From the NCBI GenBank assembly GCA_951406725.2, contig OX597815.1, positions 11,408,001 to 11,472,000 on the forward strand: 64,000 nt of DNA, given 5' to 3'. The translations under genes and the position numbers were made by a program. The DNA comes from Octopus vulgaris (lineage: Eukaryota). This document shows positions 57,457 through 64,000 of the stretch, in pieces. The first letter of the stretch is position 1. Each line of letters opens with the position of its first letter. Under the pieces are notes generated by a model. That model was not told where the DNA came from and searched no databases. It saw only the letters and a program-made list of their open reading frames with translations.

Positions 57457-57987
57457 TGTAAATAGGTTCGGCGGATGGTGAGAAAGAGATCAACAATGGG
57501 CTTTCGCATTCCTGAGCGATCAGGAGACAAACGAAACCTCAGAAACTTGGGGTCAGTAGGGGCCAAATATGTTTACTACTACTAGCGATCAACGAGAGCG
57601 CTGACCTTGGCCTTGAAACAAACCAGCTCACCTTGTTCTATTTTTAATAACCGACACAAAAAATATATATGTGCTGACGTTCAAATCGATGAATTTTTGA
57701 ATTTCTGAATATTTTTGAACTTTAAAAAATGTTTCTTTTCTTTTAATAAGTTTTATTGGCATTTACACTTTTCATAATTGTGCAGTTTGTATATATTGGT
57801 AGGTGCTTACCTCCTTAATTTTTATCAAGCATTTAATTGTGTTGTTGCAATAAAATGTGCGTTTATATATTCGAGTAGTCAGAGAGAAGGTAAGATTCTC
57901 ACAGAAAATTGTAATAAAAAGAATGATTTCGAATACTCAGGGAGAAAGGAAAGGAAAGAAAAGGAGAGTCAAATTTTCATAGAAAAT

Positions 57988-58386
57988 TGCTGTGTGGTAA
58001 GTAGCTTGCTAAACAACCACATGGTTCCGGGTTCAGTCCCACTGCGTGGCATCTTGGGCAAGTGTCTTCTGCTATAGCCCCGGGCTGACCAATGCCTTGT
58101 GAGTGGATTTGGTAGACGGAAACTGAAAGAAGCCTGTCGTATATATGTATATATATGTATGTGTGTGTGTTTGTGTGTCTGTGTTTGTCCCCCTAGCATT
58201 GCTTGACAACCGATGCTGGTGTGTTTACGTCCCCGTCACTTAGCGGTTCGGCAAAAGAGACTGATAGAATAAGTACTGGGCTTACAAAGAATAAGTCCCG
58301 GGGCCGATTTGCTCGACTAAAGGCGGTGCTCCAGCATGGCCGCAGTCAAATGACTGAAACAAGTAAAAGAGTAAAGAGTAAAGAGT
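57988..58386 (+). mobile_element. SINE family C
   Basis: Homology to 52820-53272. Confidence 0.9.
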
Positions 58387-58825
58387 ATTAAAGTTTTAAA
58401 ATTTACTAGAAACGATTGTTTGTATGTCCGAATAGAGAAAACTGTAGTGTTCTTAAAATAAAAAGGATGATTACGTTTTCGAATACTCGGAGAGAAAGGA
58501 AACGGAGTTATAGATATTAAAGTTTTTAAAGCTGATCGTTTGTGTGTTCGAAAATTGTAGATATGTAAATTTTTTAACTTATGTTGAGGGAAATATAAAA
58601 TACTCACAGGAATTTGCAGATATTCCAGTATTTGAGAGTTATTATTCAGTTGTCCTCTGGGTTGTATTGGTGTTTCTGGGTCTTCGGCAACCGACTGGTC
58701 AGAGCAGCGAAGAACACGTCCAGCCGCTTTCAAGGCTGGCGCTCCTCTTCCTCCTCCTCCTTCTCCCCTTTCCCCTCCTTGTCGTCATTATTGTTGTTAA
58801 TATTAATATTATTCATGAAGACGCA

Positions 58826-58890
58826 TATTATTATTATTATTAATGTTGTTATTATTATTATTATTATTGTTGTTGTTGTTGTTGTTATTC

Positions 58891-58970
<80 letters not shown>
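58826..58970. repeat. (ATT)n/(GTT)n microsatellite
   Basis: Direct reading. Confidence 0.95.
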
Positions 58971-58972
<2 letters not shown>

Positions 58973-59050
58973 TGAAGACGCATGGCCAAGTGGTTAGTAT
59001 GTTGCAGTCAGGATCATGAGATCGTGGTCCGAATTCCTAGACCGGGTGAT
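58973..59050 (+). mobile_element. Diverged tRNA-like SINE head
   Basis: gaagacgcatggccaagtggttag...ggtccgaattcctagaccggg resembles family A/D heads. Confidence 0.55.
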
Positions 59051-59129
59051 GAATGTTTCTCTCGACTCTGATGAGTGACATACTCTGCACCTGTTCAGGC
59101 AACGTCGATTTGATGCAGAGCGTAAGTTT

Positions 59130-59900
59130 TCGATAATTTTCACTTCTTCTAATTCCTGATTCCCCGCATTTAGTCCAATTTTCCAACATTTCACACTGTT
59201 CCATATAATAGCATCTCGTGTTTTTCTGCTACTCTTTACATTTCCAAACTTCTTCTTATCCAAGGTTGTTGCATCATATCCTATGCCTTACGATAATCAA
59301 TCCACGCTCTGTTATGCTCAGATTTGTGAGTCTTCCCATTCAGTTTTTGATGATTACTTTATCACTTAACAACTGATCTTTCGTTCAGAGGCTCCTTTTT
59401 CAGCAACATTTCTGCTCATAGGTAACAACCCACTTTTTTCTACGTATACATGCAGTTCACCGGCGAAAACTCCTGACAATAGTTCGCACATTAGTGGAAG
59501 ACACTTTATTGATCTAAAGTTAAATACAATGTTACAGTTTTTAAATCCGGGACACATAACAATGTCTATTATCCAGCTGGGTATTGACCTTTCCTCCAAG
59601 CAGATATCCGGCTTTTCTGCTAGTCTTTCATAGAACCCTCTTAACTTTTTCATCCAATAAGCTTGACAACATCCAGTCAGGTCTCTTCCAGTATGGAAGT
59701 ATGCATATCTGTCTTTTTGTCTTCTCTGTGTTTATTTTCGTGTTGTCTTGATCTTGTACATTTATTAAGAACTAGAATCACTTTTTCGAGGAATTCATAT
59801 ATTTCATCTAATACGAGACCAGTAAATAGTTTCGAGCTTGATGGTAAACAAGGAATAAGTCTATAATTGGTGATTTCCCCTCTCTTCCCTTTGTCCTTCT
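59130..59900 (-). mobile_element. Older R4/Dong-like RT fragment
   Basis: KKLRGFYERLA...IPSW...NFRSIKCLPLMCELLSGVFAGELHVYVEKSGLLP resembles the RT N-terminal region (NYRPI.CLP..WKL). Confidence 0.6.
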
Positions 59901-61409
59901 GTACGTCTATTTTGAGAACTTTATACTTGGATAGTGTCTCAATTTCCTTCGCCGTCTGTTGTGATTGGTACTCTACTTAGGAAACGGTTTTTTTTTTCTG
60001 ATGCGTTTTAACATAATATTTGGGTGTTTTGACTTAGAATGTACACGAAAACTTTCATAAACAATATGAAAATACTTTGTATATGTTATACATCTATAAT
60101 ACACATTTATGTAATGAACATTTAGTACATATATAACACGTGTCTAGGTGTTGGAGTTTGGTTAAATAATATTCAATTAACAAGTTCTCTTTCGTGAAAT
60201 ATATAATGTCTGGAAACGATTAACAATATTTATGACAAATAAATGTCTATGTATCCTACAAGTTTCGATTTCGTATTGGTTTTAAAAGATTCCTCATGTC
60301 AAACCGCATGTAGAAGCAGGTGTCGTTTTAATTTGGGAGGTGTAATTTTGGTAATGTTTGGTAATTAAAAGACATGAACGGATTTTATATGAATTTTTGT
60401 TTTAACTAGACAAATTAAGTAATTAGGACTGCTTAATTAATCAGTCGATCAATCGATCAGTCAATCAATCAATCAACCATTTAGTTTGTCAGAATTCTTT
60501 CATCACCATCCTCGACAGCATTTGTAAGCTACTCAAGTTATGCTAGGTATGACACCTACTATATTCCATGCTATTTAGCACAGTTCACCGATGACAGAAC
60601 AGGCATATTATTAAAAAATTCTCAGTCGTTACCATTCTTTCTTTAGCTTGTCATTTGCGACTGAAATCTTCAATGTACCATTTTATTATTGAAACCGTTA
60701 CAGTATAATTGCAGGGTATTTTTCTACTGTTGCAGGGTATTTTCTATCTAGCTGTGCGAAAAGTATAGGGTACCTCGTTACCTCTAAAAGTATTAGTATG
60801 TAACATATATAAGAGAGTTTCAAAAACAATTTCGAGGAAGCAAACGTATGTGTGATTTGTTCTGTAAGTCAGTAAGAAATATATGTACATCAATGTGGGA
60901 ATGTTCACCACACTTTAATTCTAATGATCTTTTAAGCAGTTATAATTCAGGTCAGTTGTCGTTCATGCCAAGCAATAAAATATTCATAGGACATTTCTAC
61001 TCTAGGGCATCAGTTTTAAGACGTATAATGATCGGATGTAACGCGAACTTAAAAATGAAAATATTTCACACGCTAATAAGTAGTTTTGACATTAAGTAGA
61101 GAGCAGGGTCAGATCGAAGGAAAGCGAAAATATCGACAGGTAGCAGGATCAAGTGAGGGTGATATTAAATCTTAAAGTGTCTGAAATTTATTTTGTGTAG
61201 GAAAAGCTAACAAAAATATCGAAATTTTTAGAAATAATTATAAATTGGCATCTAATGAAAGATCGTTAAAATATTCAGAAAACTGCCATTATTAATATTT
61301 CAAGAAACTTAGAATTATTAAAGAAATTTGGGCAATCATTCTTGAATTGAGCATCATCAAGATCACCTTGTGTTATCTTAAAGTTGCTAATTTGATATGA
61401 TTACAATTA

Positions 61410-61710
61410 AGATGATAATGATGATAAAGATGTGGGTGATGATGATCATGATAACGGTGTAAGTTAGAGATGATGATGATTACGATGACATTAGTGCCTG
61501 TGCTAGGGCGGAATTAACATGATGGTAATGTTAATGACGATGATGGTGGTGGTGGTGATGATAATGGCGATGATGATAATGATGATAAAGACGATGATGG
61601 TGGTGGTGGTGATGATGATGATGATTATGGATGATGATGATGATGATGATGGTGATGGTGATGGTGATGATGATGGTGATGAAGATGTTGATGATGATGA
61701 TGGTGATGAT
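61410..61710. repeat. Degenerate (GAT)n/(GGT)n microsatellite
   Basis: Direct reading. Confidence 0.9.
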
Positions 61711-63139
61711 GCCTACATTGGTGAAGCTAAAAATGTTTATGAAAATAAAATATAGGACTAAAATAATGTGATGGTATGCTTCGAAATAAGCATGGGGCAA
61801 CTGTTAACTCTGCTATGATTAACAAGAATACGTAATTAGCAAATTAGTAATGATGATTTAATAAGGATGATTTGTGAGAGAGCAACGAAACAGCATAATT
61901 TGTACTTTTGTAACACGATATAAATCGACTAAATTTCTGACTGGTATTTTGCTTTATCGATCCAAGAAAGATGAAAAGCAAAGTTAACTACGACAGCATT
62001 AGAACTTCGAATGTAAAGATATACGATTGAATACTACTTGAGACGTTTCGCTGATTCTAAATAAATATCATATGAAAGCCTGGAGATTTCTCTGCGTTTT
62101 AAAGAATATATCATCTAAAACCTACTTTGTGTTCCTAAAATATCGGAGCTAAGCAAAATTACTTCTTTTAAGTTATCATATCTGGTACTTTTCAGATATG
62201 CCCTAAGGTTTCTAATTCGATAACCTTGCGCAGCTGTCTTCTAATATTTTGGGTCCACCAGAGATGTGTAATGGTAACTTGGGACAGAAAACTATGTCGA
62301 AGACAGTTGGTGGGAACATTCGAAGAGTGCATTGCAATCATTCGCACTACGTCTCTGGTTAGAGATTGGCTTCCAATCTTTCTTCCACTAGTCATGGAAG
62401 TGCTAAAAACAATCACAAGGGTTTCCTTTTCTCTTCTGATTGAGCCATATATCATGTCTTCAGACATGAACATTCACCCCCTCTATCTCACACATGATTT
62501 AGTATGTGAATGAATCGTTACTACTGCAGCCAATATTCAAGTCTATCGAGTAACTTCTCACCTTGTTTTGCCCAGTATTTTCTGTCCTCTCGTTGCCTGG
62601 TTGTCACGCAAGTGATTAAGCTTTGAGTTCTTATATGTTCTATAAACGCAGTGGGTTATCTCCACATAAACTTTAGAAACTTTCTTTTGTTCTCCGCTCT
62701 TCTGAAAACTTTGACTTATTTTATTCTATTTATATAGTACGTTATATGAATTCGCAGAGGAGACCACATCGCTGCAGGACCTGCAAATGCTTATACATAT
62801 TTCCTAAGTTTCCTGGTCGCACAACCATATTTTACAATGGGTTCCGTAATTGCTCCTTGAAATACTTTCTTTATTGTTATTGTTAATGTACTGTTAATGC
62901 ATTTGGCAATATATATGTTTGAGCAAGAGTGAAGTCAAGCGGCGTAGTGGTTGGGAAGTTTCGACTCACATATAAAAAAATCGTGGAATCAATTAATTTC
63001 TGGGCCTACCAATGTCTTGTATACTTAAGTGATGTACGTAATTTCTCGTTACCTGTCAATTGCTGCTGCAGACTTCTCCCCCACCATTTTGGTCGAGTCA
63101 GTTCCTTGATTTATATATATGTATGTAAACCTAAATAGT

Positions 63140-64000
63140 ATGTTTCGGCTCAATGTTGGCCCAGGTCAGGTCTAGCTTAATAGCAACACTTGATAGGATC
63201 TGTTAAGTCATTTTAAATTCCAGTTTTGTGGTATCATGGTCCATTCATGTAGAGAGATGTTGATCACTGTGATGTGTCTAGGTGTAGGTGGCTCTTCTGA
63301 TATTCCTTGAAGAAATTTGTCCAAGTCTCCTTTGAAGGTGATGGGATCTTTTTCTTCTTTGATAGGGCAGGACCTGCTGAGGGAAAGAAATTGTATTGCA
63401 GTGAAATTATTTGTTGTAAATCTGAATTGTGTAGGGGAAGTAAGACACATGACCCTAGCTAGGATGATTTCTGAAACTGATGTTAAGGTGATTGCGCAAC
63501 GATGTTTGTACATTCTCCACATGATACAAATTATATGTTGCTCACTGCAAACCACAAGGGAATAAAGTTTTATGTTTAAGGTGGTCCCAATAATCAGGAT
63601 CAATCATACCTTTTATTTCTTGTAGTGATTACTCTCTAGGGTGACTTCTCAGTGTTTTCTTTGGTGTGTGGAGACCATAGAGGAAACATTATTCTAGGCG
63701 TGGCTGTACAAACGAAGGGAAAAAAGGGAATGAGGAAATCTTTCTCTCTGGACCGCAAAGTTCTGAGGACCCAAGAGCTCATCCTGCAACTTATTTGTAC
63801 GTGTGAGCACTCCAGCCGAGATTATTGTCAGTAATTACCCCTAAGTCACCGATATTATTGGATGCTGTGAGTAGTTACCCGAATGAAGAGAATAAGGATG
63901 TTCGACGCAGTGGTTTTTCCAAATTGCATAAATTCAAATTTTCCCTCATTAACCTCATCTTGTATTTGTCCGCCCATTGGCTTACAGCATGTAGATCAGA
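63140..64000 (-). mobile_element. Decayed CR1/L2-group LINE 3' portion, running off the window end
   Basis: LHAVSQWADKYKM...NEGKFEFMQFGK near 63990-63920 and FKGDLDKFLQGISEEP parallel the 12841 element (MQFNAGKF; FKMKLDLFLSGVPDEP). Confidence 0.7.

Noticed and set aside
58640-58745. Possible HERO-like 3'UTR on the minus strand
   Set aside because: Similarity is short and from memory only; no adjacent ORF
62192-62513. Overlapping 93-95 aa ORFs
   Set aside because: No recognisable domain; probably decayed repeat

Overview
AT-rich, repeat-dense eukaryotic DNA with no recognisable host protein-coding exon. The SINE families look like those I recall from Octopus genomes, so a cephalopod intronic or intergenic region is likely (inference, not a database result). 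Contents: about 25 copies of four tRNA-derived SINE families, many with target-site duplications (TSDs); decayed LINEs of CR1/L2-like, Tx1/L1-like, R4/Dong-like and HERO-like type; a non-autonomous Helitron; many microsatellites; and a 10.4 kb A4T4-rich satellite with a 1260 bp higher-order period. Nearly all listed ORFs are translations of microsatellite, SINE or satellite sequence. Most interesting: (1) three distinct families of short non-coding elements carrying Penelope-type minimal hammerhead ribozyme folds, two arranged as palindromes, one fused to a tRNA-like Pol III head and one with a compensatory G3:C8 core; (2) a Tx1-like LINE inserted twice into (TATC)n, with an empty paralogous site in the same window; (3) a SINE/LINE shared 3' stem-loop showing covariation. 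All folds and alignments were done by eye and element ends are approximate.
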